Below, piece after piece: positions 28,426-40,112 of a DNA stretch of 64,000 nt. Under the pieces are notes generated by a model. The model did not search any database, was not told the DNA's origin, and saw only the letters and a program-made list of their open reading frames with translations. The DNA is from Candidatus Poribacteria bacterium (GTDB lineage Bacteria > Poribacteria > WGA-4E > WGA-3G), in contig OZ243938.1 in NCBI GenBank assembly GCA_965214095.1, positions 2,080,001 through 2,144,000 on the forward strand. Reading direction: 5' to 3'. The position numbers and the translations under genes were made by a program. Positions within the stretch are counted from its first letter, which is position 1; each line of letters starts with the position of its first letter.

Positions 28426-30249
28426 CTATTCTTTGACTTCCTTATATCCTTTTGGCAATGGTTTTCCTCCGACAAGTGCTGTTTTCAAAGGACGGACATG
28501 TCGGCAACTCCCACGATGCTGGAATCCAGGACAATCACAGGTTATATCAGCACCAATTACCTCTAATGTGTAAAACTTTCCTTTTTGTGATGAACTTTCG
28601 GCGTGGTAGACAGATCGTTGTGGGCCGGTAAGGACTTCTGCTAAAATACGGATTGCTTCATCAGAATAGGGTACAAGTTGTTGGCGTGTGGCTTCTTCAA
28701 GGTGTGATGCGTTTTCTTCAATGTATACATTCCCCGCATTCTGTAATATTTCTTGTATATTATCTTCCTTAATTTCATGAGATTTAACAGAAAGTGCGTT
28801 CATCATCCGTTTGAGTTCACTGAGGACATCTAACTTAATTGCTGCTTCACCCCCTGGCACCAATATTGAACCTTCAACGATAGAATCCATCAGTGCTGCC
28901 TTCGTTTCTAATACAGTCTTGACGAAGGAATCAACGGTTCCTGATGCGATCATATAGGTTACATTCACAGTGCCAGTCTGCCCAATACGGTAGGCGCGAT
29001 CCTCTGCCTGCCAATGATTAGCAGGAACCCAATCTAAATCGTTGAAAACGACTTGACGTGCGGCAGTAAGGTTTATACCGACCCCTGCTATGTGCATATT
29101 TGCGATAAATAATCTAATGTTCTCATCGTTTTGAAACCTATCAACCCTCTCCTGCCTTTGATGTATTGGCACATTACCTGATACGTATACAGCTCTATCT
29201 TTGAAGTGTTTTTGGAAACGTTGCATCGTATTGAGGAATGACGTAAAAATAATGACCTTTTCACCCTGTTCTAAAGCATTTTCAACGAATTTTATTGTGT
29301 GCCGACATTTGACGAATGCAATCGCCCTACGAACTTGTGTTACTCTTCCCATAGCATTTCCGACATCTGTTAGGTCTATCGATTCCTCAAATTCATCGCG
29401 TTGTTCCGCTGTGAGTTCAAGAGATTCAGGTAATCCTATCAATTCTTCTGGTGACTCAAACTTATGAAGGAAATTCTGCAGTAATCGGTTGTAGTGTTGG
29501 ATAGCATAAGGGTGTAGTTCTACATCGAACCAAGTACGAACTTTAGGTGGTAGGTCTAAAACTTCATCTTTTGTGCGGCGTAGCATTACACCGTGTAGCT
29601 GCACGGTTAATTCTTCAATATTGCTCGCCCCATCTGCTACTAAACCGAAGTCTCCTTGATACGCTTCACAATATCGTTTTGCAAAACTGAGGAAACTTTT
29701 TCCAAGTGGGTGGTTGAGAATTTGTAGTAATGGAAAAAGGTCGCGGGGACGGTTTGTCATCGGTGTGCCAGTGAGTGCATGGACAACAGGTTCATCAGAA
29801 ATTTCTTTGATCAATTTTGATGCGTTTTTACTACGTTGGCTCTGGTAATTCTTTAGGTAATGTGCTTCGTCAAAAACAACCCCTTTCCAATCAAACTCCA
29901 GAAGTTGATCAAGGTTTTTTCCAAGGATTTCATAGTTGATGATAACCCAATCTTGATAATCAGTTGGTGGGAGCGGTGTGGGTCCGACGATGGCAGGTTC
30001 TGCATTTGGTAGGACAATATTGATTTCGCGTGCCCAATTTCGTTTGATAGATGCGGGACAAATTACGAGGTAGGGACCGACAGGTTCAGCTTCAACCATT
30101 GCTAACACGGATTGACGGGTTTTTCCTAAACCCATATCATCAGCAAGGAGTGCCCGACGCCGTCCTAATAAGAAGGCAATGCCTTCAATTTGATGTGGAA
30201 ACAGCCCTTTTGCGATTTCTTCAGCACGATCTTTTCCTGTGTGCTGCAT
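28426..30249 (-). CDS. SNF2-family helicase with C-terminal SWIM zinc finger
   Basis: ADDMGLGKT, DEAH, TGTP, QAEDRAYRIGQ; C-terminal CDC...CRH. Confidence 0.9.
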   Translation of the reverse strand: MQHTGKDRAEEIAKGLFPHQIEGIAFLLGRRRALLADDMGLGKTRQSVLAMVEAEPVGPYLVICPASIKRNWAREINIVLPNAEPAIVGPTPLPPTDYQDWVIINYEILGKNLDQLLEFDWKGVVFDEAHYLKNYQSQRSKNASKLIKEISDEPVVHALTGTPMTNRPRDLFPLLQILNHPLGKSFLSFAKRYCEAYQGDFGLVADGASNIEELTVQLHGVMLRRTKDEVLDLPPKVRTWFDVELHPYAIQHYNRLLQNFLHKFESPEELIGLPESLELTAEQRDEFEESIDLTDVGNAMGRVTQVRRAIAFVKCRHTIKFVENALEQGEKVIIFTSFLNTMQRFQKHFKDRAVYVSGNVPIHQRQERVDRFQNDENIRLFIANMHIAGVGINLTAARQVVFNDLDWVPANHWQAEDRAYRIGQTGTVNVTYMIASGTVDSFVKTVLETKAALMDSIVEGSILVPGGEAAIKLDVLSELKRMMNALSVKSHEIKEDNIQEILQNAGNVYIEENASHLEEATRQQLVPYSDEAIRILAEVLTGPQRSVYHAESSSQKGKFYTLEVIGADITCDCPGFQHRGSCRHVRPLKTALVGGKPLPKGYKEVKE

Positions 30250-30278
30250 GTATTAATCCCTGTGAATTCAGTTTCTAA

Positions 30279-31250
30279 TTAATCTCTATCTACGAGCCAG
30301 AAATCACCTTTACTGTCAATACTTAGCTGCTCCAGCATCACTGCCCCAGGAAAACTCGGTGCAATTCCTATACTCATCGCGAATATTTTTCCATTCCCTT
30401 TCGCGTGTCCCCCAACAAATTTCAAATCGGGTGTTTCAATACTTGTAGGAATACCGTCACTGAAGAGAACGACAATGGTGGGAGAGGTTTTTGCAGTTTC
30501 TGTCAACGCAGTGAGCATATCGTAATCGTTTCCTTTTGTATGTATACGAGATTTTATGTCCGCTAAATAGGCAGATGATGCTTCCACTGATTCTGATGTC
30601 ACAGGAACATAATCGTCATGATAAACAACGTACTCGGTGCTAAAGGCGACGATATTAAAAGTGTCGTGTGGTTCAAGGAAAGTCAATGAATCTCGCATGA
30701 TGTCAACAACTTTTTTTAGTTTGTAATGTGCTAAGTTCTGCAGGCTTGAGGACAGATCAATGCAGTAGACAATGCGTTGCGGTCCGTTTTGTGCTTCAAT
30801 GAATTTTACTAACCTGCTTTTAGGACGTTCTGGTGCTTTCTTTTCTTTCTTGATGGGTTGTGCAACGCCTCTCGGAATTTGAGTTGGACCTTCAAACTTG
30901 ATGTCAACTGCAGTGGGTGCGACTCCATCACTTAGATTTACTTTTTCAAAAGGTTGAAACACCGTGGGTTCAGATGCAGAAACGACACCGTGCTGTGAAA
31001 CGGGTTGATTGCTTGTCAGTATCTTCATGTTAGGTTGATTTGTGGTTTGCGAGGTTTCTTTTCGGATCTGTGTGCGTTTTGGAGGCGTGATCCGTTTGGT
31101 TTTCGGTTGCTCCACAGTAGTGAAAATCGCATCTATGCTGTCTGGATTATGGCTTGGCATGGTGTTGAACCAATAAAAGAAACCGATGATCCCAACGATA
31201 AGATGTAAGGCGAATGAGACGAATAGTGCTGTGCTTTTTTTATATTTCAT
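30279..31250 (-). CDS. Membrane-anchored vWA-domain protein
   Basis: SFALH TM anchor, Pro/Lys linker, MIDAS DLSSS, LFSDG. Confidence 0.75.
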   Translation of the reverse strand: MKYKKSTALFVSFALHLIVGIIGFFYWFNTMPSHNPDSIDAIFTTVEQPKTKRITPPKRTQIRKETSQTTNQPNMKILTSNQPVSQHGVVSASEPTVFQPFEKVNLSDGVAPTAVDIKFEGPTQIPRGVAQPIKKEKKAPERPKSRLVKFIEAQNGPQRIVYCIDLSSSLQNLAHYKLKKVVDIMRDSLTFLEPHDTFNIVAFSTEYVVYHDDYVPVTSESVEASSAYLADIKSRIHTKGNDYDMLTALTETAKTSPTIVVLFSDGIPTSIETPDLKFVGGHAKGNGKIFAMSIGIAPSFPGAVMLEQLSIDSKGDFWLVDRD

Positions 31251-31370
31251 AATCTGAGTAGAAATTAAAACAGAGGATTGAGATTAACGATTGATACTTT
31301 TTTAGATTAATTTGTTGCGGGTTGGTTAAGGAACGAAACCAAACCTACAATCTACTTTGCGTCTAACGAA

Positions 31371-32828
31371 CTAATTCCACCTTTCCACAACAACTTTCTT
31401 CTGTGTAAAGAAATCAACAGCATCCCAACTTTGTCCGTGCAAATCACCAAAGAAGCTATCCTTCCAACCGCTAAAGGGGAAGAAAGCCATCGGTGCTGCG
31501 ACGCCAATGTTTATGCCGATATTGCCAATCTGTGCTTCGTAGCGGAACTTGCGTGCTGATGCGCCACTGCTTGTAAAGAGACATGCCATATTGCCATAAC
31601 TGCCGCTATTGATAAGTGAGATAGCATCGTCAATTGAATCAACATGAATGAGTCCTAATACTGGTCCAAAGATTTCAGTTTTTGCGATTTCACCTTCTGG
31701 GTCAATATCAGCAAGTACGGTTGGACGGATGAAGTTTCCGTTTTCACAACCTGAAATACTGGGATAACGACCATCAACAAGGACGCGTGCCCCTGCATCA
31801 GCCCCAGTCTGAATAACACCCTCAATACGTCTCCGGCTATCATCCGTGATGACAGGCCCCATTTGGACATCTTCATCTAATCCGTTACCAACAACTCTAT
31901 CAGTTGCAGTTTCACTTATTGCTTTTGGAAACCAGTTCCGAGCCCCACCGACAGCAAAAACAAGTGAAGCAGCAAGACATCGTTGACCAGCACAACCGAA
32001 TGCGCTATCCGCAGTCGCATTGACCGTAAACTCCGGATCAGCATCTGGTAGAACAATCAATGGGTTCTTTGCCCCACCTTGACACTGAACGCGTTTTCCG
32101 TGTGCAGCTGCTTTCGCATAGATCGCTTTTGCTGTAGTTGTGGAACCGACAAAACTAATTGCACGAATTTCCGGATGCTCCAAGATTGCATTCACTGTCT
32201 CCTGCCCACCATTGACAAGATTAACAACCCCTTCTGGTAACCCAGTCTGTTCAAGGAGTTGAAAAATCTTCTGCATGGTAAGCGGCACTTTTTCAGATGG
32301 TTTTACAATGTAGGTATTACCACAAGCGATTGCGTACGGAAGAAACCAGAAGGCAATCATACCGGGAAAATTGAAAGGAGCGATGACAGCACTGACCCCG
32401 ACAGGTTGGCGGATCATGAATTCGTCAATTCCTGTAGCGATGTCCTCCAAATTCGTGCCTTGCATCATTGTGGGAATTCCACATGCGACTTCAACGTTTT
32501 CAATTGCCCGTCTCATCTCCCCTTTTGCTTCTGCAAGTGTTTTTCCAGATTCCAGTGTGATCGTTTTTGCAATGTCGTCTATATTCTCCTCAAGCAGATT
32601 TTTCAGTTTGAAAAGATATTGAATACGTTGTACTGGAGGTGTACGTCTCCATTCGTCAAAGGCATTAGCTGCCGCAGTTGCAGCTTGATTAACCTCGTCT
32701 GTGGGAGACATAGGCACTTGTGTCAGGACTTCACCCGTTGCGGGATTTGTTACATCAAGTAATTCAGAAGATTCTGACTGATGCCATGTATTGCTAATAT
32801 AATTCAGAACTGGAGTCTGTAGGTTCAT
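31371..32828 (-). CDS. mmsA: CoA-acylating (methyl)malonate-semialdehyde dehydrogenase
   Basis: [52 protein letters not shown]. Confidence 0.9.
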   Translation of the reverse strand: MNLQTPVLNYISNTWHQSESSELLDVTNPATGEVLTQVPMSPTDEVNQAATAAANAFDEWRRTPPVQRIQYLFKLKNLLEENIDDIAKTITLESGKTLAEAKGEMRRAIENVEVACGIPTMMQGTNLEDIATGIDEFMIRQPVGVSAVIAPFNFPGMIAFWFLPYAIACGNTYIVKPSEKVPLTMQKIFQLLEQTGLPEGVVNLVNGGQETVNAILEHPEIRAISFVGSTTTAKAIYAKAAAHGKRVQCQGGAKNPLIVLPDADPEFTVNATADSAFGCAGQRCLAASLVFAVGGARNWFPKAISETATDRVVGNGLDEDVQMGPVITDDSRRRIEGVIQTGADAGARVLVDGRYPSISGCENGNFIRPTVLADIDPEGEIAKTEIFGPVLGLIHVDSIDDAISLINSGSYGNMACLFTSSGASARKFRYEAQIGNIGINIGVAAPMAFFPFSGWKDSFFGDLHGQSWDAVDFFTQKKVVVERWN

Positions 32829-32894
32829 TGAATGATAACCTTTATAAGATTTTGTAATCTGTTCGTCTTGAACTGTTGCACTGTAAACCTTATA

Positions 32895-34325
32895 TCAGTC
32901 TTGTTTTGCAAAGAGTTCAAGGACTTTCAGTTGTTCCATAGCAGCCACCACCTGTGGGTCATGCACTATTTCATCTTTGGTATTCTGTGTTTCCAATGCG
33001 ATGGCGTATTTTATCCCAATGTCACTAAGGATAATTTGTTCTTCAGTGAGTGCATCAGTCAACCGGTTATATGCGCGTAATAATTTCCCTGCCTGACGGT
33101 CATCCCTTGGTGCGTGCTCAGCTGCATATAATTTTTCAAGGACATCATCACCGTTTTCTTCAACAAATGTTTTTACTTCTTGGTGATTTCGCAATTTTAT
33201 CTGCATTTGCACTTCTGATCGACTAAAGTACGCTGATTCAACATCAGGTAAGATGCCTATTTTGTCAATGTCAACACCATTTGGTGTGAAATACTTTGCT
33301 ACGGTTAATTTCACGGCTGCTTTTGAGTTGCTAAGTGAGAACACCTTCTGAACTGATGCCTTCCCAAAGGTTTGACTACCCATCACAAGCCCTCTACTAT
33401 GGTCTTTTATTGCCCCAGCGACAATTTCAGATGCACTTGCACTACCGTTATTGACGAGAACAATTAATGGAAATTTGTCTCTCGGAGGACCTTTAGCGGT
33501 AAAGTCTTTCCGTTCCTCTTTTCCTTGACTGTAAACAACGAGTTGTCCTGGTTCAAGAAAATCGCTGGAGATTTCAACTGCGGAACCGAGAAGTCCGCCA
33601 GGGTTAAACCGTAGATCAAGTATGACACCTCGGATATTGTCTTGATTGAATTCTTCAAGTGCCATATCAACATCGTTTGCAGTTGTCTGTAGGAAATTAT
33701 TGATTTTGATATATCCAATGTTATCACCGATATTTTCTTTCTCAACGCTTGGAATACGAATGACATCTCGTGTGATAGTAATTTCTAAAGGTTGACTCAC
33801 CTTTGGACGATGGATGGTTACGGATACAGATGTACCGGGTTCACCCCGTAACAGATCAACAGCATCATCTAATGACATGACTGCAGTTGATTCTCCATCA
33901 ATTTGACTGATAATATCGCCGTTTTGCACACCTGCTATTGCAGCAGGATTCCCTTTGAAAGGTGTGATGACGGTAATCGCATCTTCTCGCATTCCAACTG
34001 TCATACCGACGCCACCATAATTTCCTTGGTTTTGAGTTCGAAAGGCGATATAATCCGGTATAAATTGGCTGTATGGGTCTAAGGTGCGAAGCATTCCTTT
34101 GATTGCCCCTTCTAAAAGTTCTTTTTTCTTTGGTTCTTCAAGATAATGTTGCTCAACGCTCGCGAGGATTTCAGAAAAAAGTGCAATATTTTCTAAGAGT
34201 ACATTCTCTGAATTATCTAGTACATTCTCTGAATTATCTGTGTCTTCAGCCAGAATCATACCAGAAGATAAGAATAAAGCGATGAGAAATGTTAATACTG
34301 TGATGTATGTATATTTACTTTTCAT
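32895..34325 (-). CDS. ctpA: S41 carboxyl-terminal processing protease
   Basis: LDPYS, PDZ GGVG, LDLRFNPGG, SASASEIVAG, TFGKAS; start placed at ATG 34325 (GGAG SD). Confidence 0.9.
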   Translation of the reverse strand: MKSKYTYITVLTFLIALFLSSGMILAEDTDNSENVLDNSENVLLENIALFSEILASVEQHYLEEPKKKELLEGAIKGMLRTLDPYSQFIPDYIAFRTQNQGNYGGVGMTVGMREDAITVITPFKGNPAAIAGVQNGDIISQIDGESTAVMSLDDAVDLLRGEPGTSVSVTIHRPKVSQPLEITITRDVIRIPSVEKENIGDNIGYIKINNFLQTTANDVDMALEEFNQDNIRGVILDLRFNPGGLLGSAVEISSDFLEPGQLVVYSQGKEERKDFTAKGPPRDKFPLIVLVNNGSASASEIVAGAIKDHSRGLVMGSQTFGKASVQKVFSLSNSKAAVKLTVAKYFTPNGVDIDKIGILPDVESAYFSRSEVQMQIKLRNHQEVKTFVEENGDDVLEKLYAAEHAPRDDRQAGKLLRAYNRLTDALTEEQIILSDIGIKYAIALETQNTKDEIVHDPQVVAAMEQLKVLELFAKQD

Positions 34326-34361
34326 GTCTGACTCCGTTTCTATGATAAGCAATTATTAATG

Positions 34362-34859
34362 TTAGTTATCCTTTAGTTTGTATAAAATTCTTCGTATACG
34401 TTGGTTTGATGTGATGTAAAATGCGACAAATACCGCGATAGCACTAAAGATTAGGTCAAACCAATCCATCCTGCTTTTCATGAGTTCCAATTTTGAAGTT
34501 CCTGAATATTGGGTTTGTGCAATTGCAGTGGCTGCCTCTTCTGATAGTAATGGCTCACTGGCAATTATTTGCTCCGCTATTTGTGCAATAGCGTTCCATC
34601 GGACATCAAGATATTTGCCAATAACAATTCCTACTAAAGCGAAAAATACGGCACCAACAGAGAGAATCAACCAATGTTTCTGTTCATTTGGATCAATAAC
34701 TTGTGAAGCTGCTAACACCATTCCAATCCCTGTAAACACACCAATACCGACAGCGGTGAATCCAGCAATGCTTCCAGTCCACTGAATAGATTTTGCCCAG
34801 AGAACACCACCCAACATTGCTCCGAACAATCCTCCTGTAGGAATAAGTAGTACCTTCAT
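34362..34859 (-). CDS. Hypothetical membrane protein
   Basis: Four hydrophobic segments; 4-bp overlap with the gatA stop. Confidence 0.7.
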   Translation of the reverse strand: MKVLLIPTGGLFGAMLGGVLWAKSIQWTGSIAGFTAVGIGVFTGIGMVLAASQVIDPNEQKHWLILSVGAVFFALVGIVIGKYLDVRWNAIAQIAEQIIASEPLLSEEAATAIAQTQYSGTSKLELMKSRMDWFDLIFSAIAVFVAFYITSNQRIRRILYKLKDN

Positions 34860-36337
34860 ATTTTTCCTTTTAAACTATTGATTTCAGGTTTTCTTAAATG
34901 ATGTTCAGTATTTTGCTCATAGGTATAAGCAACACGAAAAAGCACATCTTCAGCAAAAGGTGGTGCAAGTAGTTGCAACCCAACTGGTAATCCATTATCC
35001 ACGAACCCACAAGGAATAGAGATGCCCGGCAATCCTGCTTGACTCGCGGGTGTTGTCATAACATCACAAAGATACATTTGCAATGGATCATCAGTGCGTT
35101 CACCGATTTTGAAAGCAGGTGTTGGCGAGGTCGGTGTCGCTATGACATCCACCTTTTGAAATGCAGCGTCAAAATCGGACTTAATCAGTGTTCGGACTTT
35201 CTGTGCCTTACGATAATATGCATCTTGATAACCCGCACTAAGGGCAAAAGTACCCAGCATAATGCGGCGTTTTACCTCTTGCCCAAAACCCTCACTCCGT
35301 GTCTTTTTATACATACTAATCAAGTCTGTATGTTCCTCAGTGCGAAAACCGTAGCGAACTCCATCGTATCGTGCAAGGTTTGCACTTGCTTCTGCAGGTG
35401 CGATAATATAATATGTCGCAATTGCATAGTCTGTATGCGGAAGCGATATCTCTTCAACAGAAGCACCAAGTTTTTCCAAATCAGCGATTGCATTTTGTAC
35501 ATGCACCGCGACCTGATTATCTAAGCCTTCGGCAAAATATTCTTTCGGAACACCTATCTTTAATCCTTGAATATCGTTCACAAGACTCTGCGTAAAATCT
35601 GGAACCGGGACATCAACAGAGGTAGAATCCATTTCATCCTTGCCACAGATTGCATTGAGAACCAAAGCACAATCGGTAACATCTTTGGTAAACGGACCAA
35701 TTTGATCAAGCGAGGATGCAAATGCGATAAGTCCGTAGCGTGAGATACGTCCATAAGTCGGTTTCATCCCAACTACACCGCAAAGTGCTGCGGGTTGACG
35801 AATTGAGCCACCAGTATCTGAACCTAACGAACAGATTGCGGTATCTGCGGAAACAACCGCTGCGGAACCACCGCTTGACCCGCCTGGTATCGTATCCAAA
35901 TCCCACGGGTTGTGTGTAATCTGATACGCAGAATTTTCTGTGGATGATCCCATTGCAAATTCATCCATATTTGTTTTCCCAATCATGACCACACCTTGCT
36001 TATGTAATTGTTCCATGACAGTTGCATCGTAAGGTGGGACGAAGTTGCTAAGGATTTTTGAAGCACAGGTTGTCCGTACACCTTTGGTGCATATCACATC
36101 CTTAATTGCGATCGGGATACCGGCGAGAGGTGGCATATCGTCCCCATTTTGAAATCCTGTATCCGCAGCACTCGCTTGTTCCAATGCAATCTCTTTGGTT
36201 AATGTCAGATATCCTTTTACCTTGGACTCCACCTCCTCTATTCTTTGGTAAACAGACTTGGTCAATTCTACAGCAGTAATTTCACGGTTCTTTAGTTTGT
36301 CATGAAGTTCATGTGCAGTCAATTGATTTAGCGACAT
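34856..36337 (-). CDS. gatA: Asp/Glu-tRNA amidotransferase subunit A
   Basis: [39 protein letters not shown]; start placed at ATG 36337 (AAGGAG SD). Confidence 0.97.
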   Translation of the reverse strand: MSLNQLTAHELHDKLKNREITAVELTKSVYQRIEEVESKVKGYLTLTKEIALEQASAADTGFQNGDDMPPLAGIPIAIKDVICTKGVRTTCASKILSNFVPPYDATVMEQLHKQGVVMIGKTNMDEFAMGSSTENSAYQITHNPWDLDTIPGGSSGGSAAVVSADTAICSLGSDTGGSIRQPAALCGVVGMKPTYGRISRYGLIAFASSLDQIGPFTKDVTDCALVLNAICGKDEMDSTSVDVPVPDFTQSLVNDIQGLKIGVPKEYFAEGLDNQVAVHVQNAIADLEKLGASVEEISLPHTDYAIATYYIIAPAEASANLARYDGVRYGFRTEEHTDLISMYKKTRSEGFGQEVKRRIMLGTFALSAGYQDAYYRKAQKVRTLIKSDFDAAFQKVDVIATPTSPTPAFKIGERTDDPLQMYLCDVMTTPASQAGLPGISIPCGFVDNGLPVGLQLLAPPFAEDVLFRVAYTYEQNTEHHLRKPEINSLKGKI

Positions 36338-36350
36338 TTCGTTCTGCTCC

Positions 36351-36647
36351 TTACTCTGTGTCAATTACTCTGGGTACACCGAAATATCCTTCTTCAGGCT
36401 CCGGTGCGTTTGCGAGAACTTCGTCGCGTGGTAATGAAGTTTTGACGACATCCGGTTTAGTGATATTATGTAACGGATGTATATGTGATGTTGGTTGCAC
36501 GTCATCCGTATCCAATTCGTTCAACTTGCCGATATAGTCTAAGATTCGTGCAAGTTGTTCTGTGAAATCTTGTGTTTCCTCTTCGTTGAACTCAAGCCGT
36601 GCCAAGTTTGCGACATGCGAAACACCTTCTGTGGTTATGGTTGCCAT
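36351..36647 (-). CDS. gatC: Asp/Glu-tRNA amidotransferase subunit C
   Basis: [29 protein letters not shown]. Confidence 0.95.
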   Translation of the reverse strand: MATITTEGVSHVANLARLEFNEEETQDFTEQLARILDYIGKLNELDTDDVQPTSHIHPLHNITKPDVVKTSLPRDEVLANAPEPEEGYFGVPRVIDTE

Positions 36648-36676
36648 GTGATTTTGATTTCCTACCTATCTGTTTA

Positions 36677-36780
36677 TATAGTAGATTTTGAAATTACTTG
36701 AACACTCTGCATCGGCGAGGTTAGGAAACCTCGCCTACCGTGGAAAGAAAGTGTCAACTTTATATTTATAATTCACTATA
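36677..36780. mobile_element. 104-bp MITE (S2) with REP-A core
   Basis: Near-identical to 27063-27165. Confidence 0.85.
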
Positions 36781-36824
36781 TATTCTGTGATTTTATCAAA
36801 GCACCTATAAGAAAAGCCTGATGT

Positions 36825-37250
36825 TTAGATATATTCAATTTCCAAAATTGCCATACTCCATATCTTCCAGTCCCCGTTTTCCTCACGAAATACATGAACG
36901 GTGTCAATGTTGTTATCATTAAATTCCGCTCCAGCCAACTTCTGTGCAGAGTATTTTAATCTGACGATTGCGTATTCACCATCCTGTTCAATGTATCGAA
37001 ATAAGAGTACTTCATAACTTAAATCATAATTTTCAAACAACATAGTAGCTAATTTTTCTGTCTGTGCATAGTTAGGAGATTCGCTATGCACTGTAGCCAA
37101 CATTGCATCCATATCTTCTACTTGAGTTGCTCTTAGATTTTCAAATACTACTTCTTTTATATCTTCTGCTATATCCTCGTCAGAAAAGCCAATAACTAAA
37201 CAGACACTTACCCCAACTATCGCTATAAGGATTGTATAAAACATTTTCAT
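36825..37250 (-). CDS. Exported NTF2-like fold protein
   Basis: N-terminal hydrophobic segment; ED.DAML..VH; FREENGDWKIW. Confidence 0.6.
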   Translation of the reverse strand: MKMFYTILIAIVGVSVCLVIGFSDEDIAEDIKEVVFENLRATQVEDMDAMLATVHSESPNYAQTEKLATMLFENYDLSYEVLLFRYIEQDGEYAIVRLKYSAQKLAGAEFNDNNIDTVHVFREENGDWKIWSMAILEIEYI

Positions 37251-37361
37251 AGTCTTCTTTTTCTCCTAAATTTGTTATAGAAAGTTTTTGTTTGTTGTAT
37301 ATTTTCATTTTCTTGCAATCGTCGCGAATAGAGACTGGTGTAAATGCCTTCTACAATCCAT

Positions 37362-39548
37362 CTACAAAACGGCTTTCAATGGGGCTAATTCCGCATCAAA
37401 TTGTTTTGAACCAGCGCGGTCAAAGCGAACTGTAACATAAGTAGATTCACCAGTACCTGTGAGTTTCGTCACCTTTCCCCGACCAAAACTCGGATGGAAT
37501 ACAATTTGACCAATCCCATAGGACTCTTCTATTTCTTCTTTTTCATCCTTGATGTAATCAATCTCTTGTTGTGAATATGTTGAGTTTGGCTGTGAAAAAG
37601 TTGAGTTGTATCTGTCAACATGCCTTATTACATCTGGTGAGATTTCTTCAATGAAACGTGATGGAACTCTATATTCATTCCCACTCCAAGTTCTACGCGC
37701 CTGGGCATGCACTAAATAAAGCTGCTCCATCGCACGTGTGATTCCGACATAGCAGACTCTACGTTCCTCCTCTAAGTCTGCTTCTGAATTAACGGAATTT
37801 TTATGTGGTAAATAACCTTCTTCCATACCAACAATAAAAACGAAAGGAAATTCCAATCCTTTTGCACTATGTAAGGTCATCATCGTAACGATATTGGTTT
37901 CATCTGTATCATCAGTTTTCATTGTGTCAATATCTGCAATGAGTGCAACATTTTCTAAATAATCTGCGATGGTGGGTTCTTCGGCAATCATTTCATATTC
38001 ATAAACAGCGTTGCGTAGTTCTTCAATATTTTCAACACGATTTTGCGCTTCTATCGTACGTTGCCCTTTAAAGTTTTCCAAATAATTTGTAGTGTCTAAA
38101 ACATGTTCAAGCACATCCGCGGGTAGGTCGTCTGGTTCGTACCCTTCAAATATTTTAGCAAAGCGGCGTATTTTTGTTTTGATTCCGCTGTTGATCGTAT
38201 CAATTTCGTCAACCCGTTCAATAGCCTCAAAAAGTGTTATATCATTTTGATCAGCAAAATTCATGAGGCGTTCAAGCGATGTTGCGCCAATACCGCGAGA
38301 TGGAACATTTATGATTCGTCTCAGACTAATTGAGTCAAACGGATTACACATCACGCGGAGATATGCGATCAGGTCTTTAATCTCCATTCGGTCATAAAAA
38401 CCGAGTCCACCGACAATCTGATAAGGTATATTAGCAGAACGCAAGGCTTCTTCAAAGATACGCGATTGTGCGTTTGTCCGATAAAAAATAGCGAAGTCTC
38501 TAAAATCAACACCTTCTGCGTTCCAATCTTCTATCTTCGTGCCGACGAAACCTGCTTCGTCCCGTTCATCCATCGCTTCATAGCAGGTAACAAGTTCACC
38601 TTGATCATTTTTTGTCCATAGTTTTTTCTCTTTCCGTTTCTTATTATTCTGAACGACACTCCATGCTGCATCCAAGATATTTTGTGTTGAACGGTAATTC
38701 TGTTCTAAGCGTAAAACACGCGTATTAGGATAGTTCTTTTCAAAATCAAGTATGTTATGTATATCTGCCCCCCGAAATCCGTAGATAGACTGGTCATCAT
38801 CTCCAACGACACAAACATTCTTTTTTTCGCCAGTTAAATAACGCACTAAATCATATTGGCAGCGATTCGTGTCCTGATATTCATCTACAAGCACATGTTC
38901 AAACTTCTTCTGATAATGTTCAAGTACATCAGGATGTTTTCTAAAGAGTTCTACTGTGAAGTTCAACAGGTCATCAAAATCTAAGGCGTTGTTTTTACGA
39001 AGCGAGTCCTGATATAGAGGATATACTTGTGCGACAATCTTTTCATAAAAACCGTCTGCCAGGTTTGCATAAGTATCTGGTTTTATGGAGTCGTTTTTAG
39101 CTTTACTGACCAAATCGTGTATAGTACGTGGACTGTACATCTTGTCATCTAAATTACATTGCCTGAGAATATCTTTGACGACAGTAACCTGTTCACTTTT
39201 ATCGAATATTGTAAAGTTGCGAGTAAAACCGTTTAAATGTTCAATGTCTCGGCGTAGGATTTTAGCACAAGATGCGTGAAAAGTTGATACCCATAGGTTT
39301 TTGCTCATTCCCTCTCCGATGAGTGAATCCAGACGTTCCTTCATCTCGTTAGCTGCTTTGTTGGTGAATGTCACGGCGAGGATACGGAATGGTGAGATAC
39401 GGTAATGTTTGATGAGGTATGCGATGCGATGTGTAATTACACGTGTTTTACCGCTCCCCGCACCCGATAGGATGAGGAGCGGTCCTTCGGTGTGTTGGAC
39501 AGCCTCTTGTTGGATATCGTTCAAGGAACTTAGTAGATTGTCGGACAA
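37362..39548 (-). CDS. pcrA: ATP-dependent DNA helicase PcrA/UvrD
   Basis: GAGSGKT, TFTNKAA, VDEYQD, VGDDDQSIY, QNYRST, TLHSAKGLEF, EERR..YVGITRA, HP.FG.G tail. Confidence 0.95.
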   Translation of the reverse strand: MSDNLLSSLNDIQQEAVQHTEGPLLILSGAGSGKTRVITHRIAYLIKHYRISPFRILAVTFTNKAANEMKERLDSLIGEGMSKNLWVSTFHASCAKILRRDIEHLNGFTRNFTIFDKSEQVTVVKDILRQCNLDDKMYSPRTIHDLVSKAKNDSIKPDTYANLADGFYEKIVAQVYPLYQDSLRKNNALDFDDLLNFTVELFRKHPDVLEHYQKKFEHVLVDEYQDTNRCQYDLVRYLTGEKKNVCVVGDDDQSIYGFRGADIHNILDFEKNYPNTRVLRLEQNYRSTQNILDAAWSVVQNNKKRKEKKLWTKNDQGELVTCYEAMDERDEAGFVGTKIEDWNAEGVDFRDFAIFYRTNAQSRIFEEALRSANIPYQIVGGLGFYDRMEIKDLIAYLRVMCNPFDSISLRRIINVPSRGIGATSLERLMNFADQNDITLFEAIERVDEIDTINSGIKTKIRRFAKIFEGYEPDDLPADVLEHVLDTTNYLENFKGQRTIEAQNRVENIEELRNAVYEYEMIAEEPTIADYLENVALIADIDTMKTDDTDETNIVTMMTLHSAKGLEFPFVFIVGMEEGYLPHKNSVNSEADLEEERRVCYVGITRAMEQLYLVHAQARRTWSGNEYRVPSRFIEEISPDVIRHVDRYNSTFSQPNSTYSQQEIDYIKDEKEEIEESYGIGQIVFHPSFGRGKVTKLTGTGESTYVTVRFDRAGSKQFDAELAPLKAVL

Positions 39549-39823
39549 AAAAGGACACCTCCGTTATTGTGGTAGTAATGTATAAAGTATACGGAATTAA
39601 GATTTTGTTTGCAAGGAAATTGTTGGGAAATATAACTTGACAAATTAAGTCTGTTTTGAGAACATAATTATATCCCTCCTATGTACTGTAGAAAAAGTAA
39701 CCTATTTATGCGATCTCTCAAAACGTAGATTAATCCTCAGTTTTTCATAATAGACCGCTAATCAGGTAAACCGGCAAACAATTCTTGCAGGAATACACTT
39801 ACTATTCCGATATGGAGGACAAG

Positions 39824-40111
39824 ATGATTATTAGAATTCTGAGACTTATGTTTGTTTTCGCCGTTATAGCAACTGAATTAACCACTGCAAATATTGCACA
39901 AGCACAACAAGCGATTACAGACGAACTGATAAGTTTTTGGTCATTTAATCAAAATACAGTTACTGATAATACGGTCAAAGATATTTTTGGCACTAACAAC
40001 GGAACTATGAACGGGAATGTAGAGGTAGTTAACGGTAAGATCGGTGATGCACTCAAGTTTAGTGGGGGACATGTTGATTGTGGTTCAGCTATAGATTTAA
40101 TCGAAAGTTGA
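39824..40111 (+). pseudogene. Truncated LamG/concanavalin-like secreted protein
   Basis: GGAGG SD, signal peptide, LISFWSF...VKD..G.N.G...GKIGDALKF.G; stops after 95 aa, well short of a full domain. Confidence 0.6.
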
Positions 40112-40112
40112 A

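Noticed and set aside
31310-31352. Degenerate REP-like traces here and near 37315-37355
   Set aside because: Too decayed to assign ends or family
34856-36647. gatC-gatA without gatB
   Set aside because: Split gat operons are common; gatB is probably elsewhere
39700-39800. GGCAAAC/GGTAAAC suggesting a c-di-GMP-I riboswitch
   Set aside because: Could not find the second conserved stem or the required pairing
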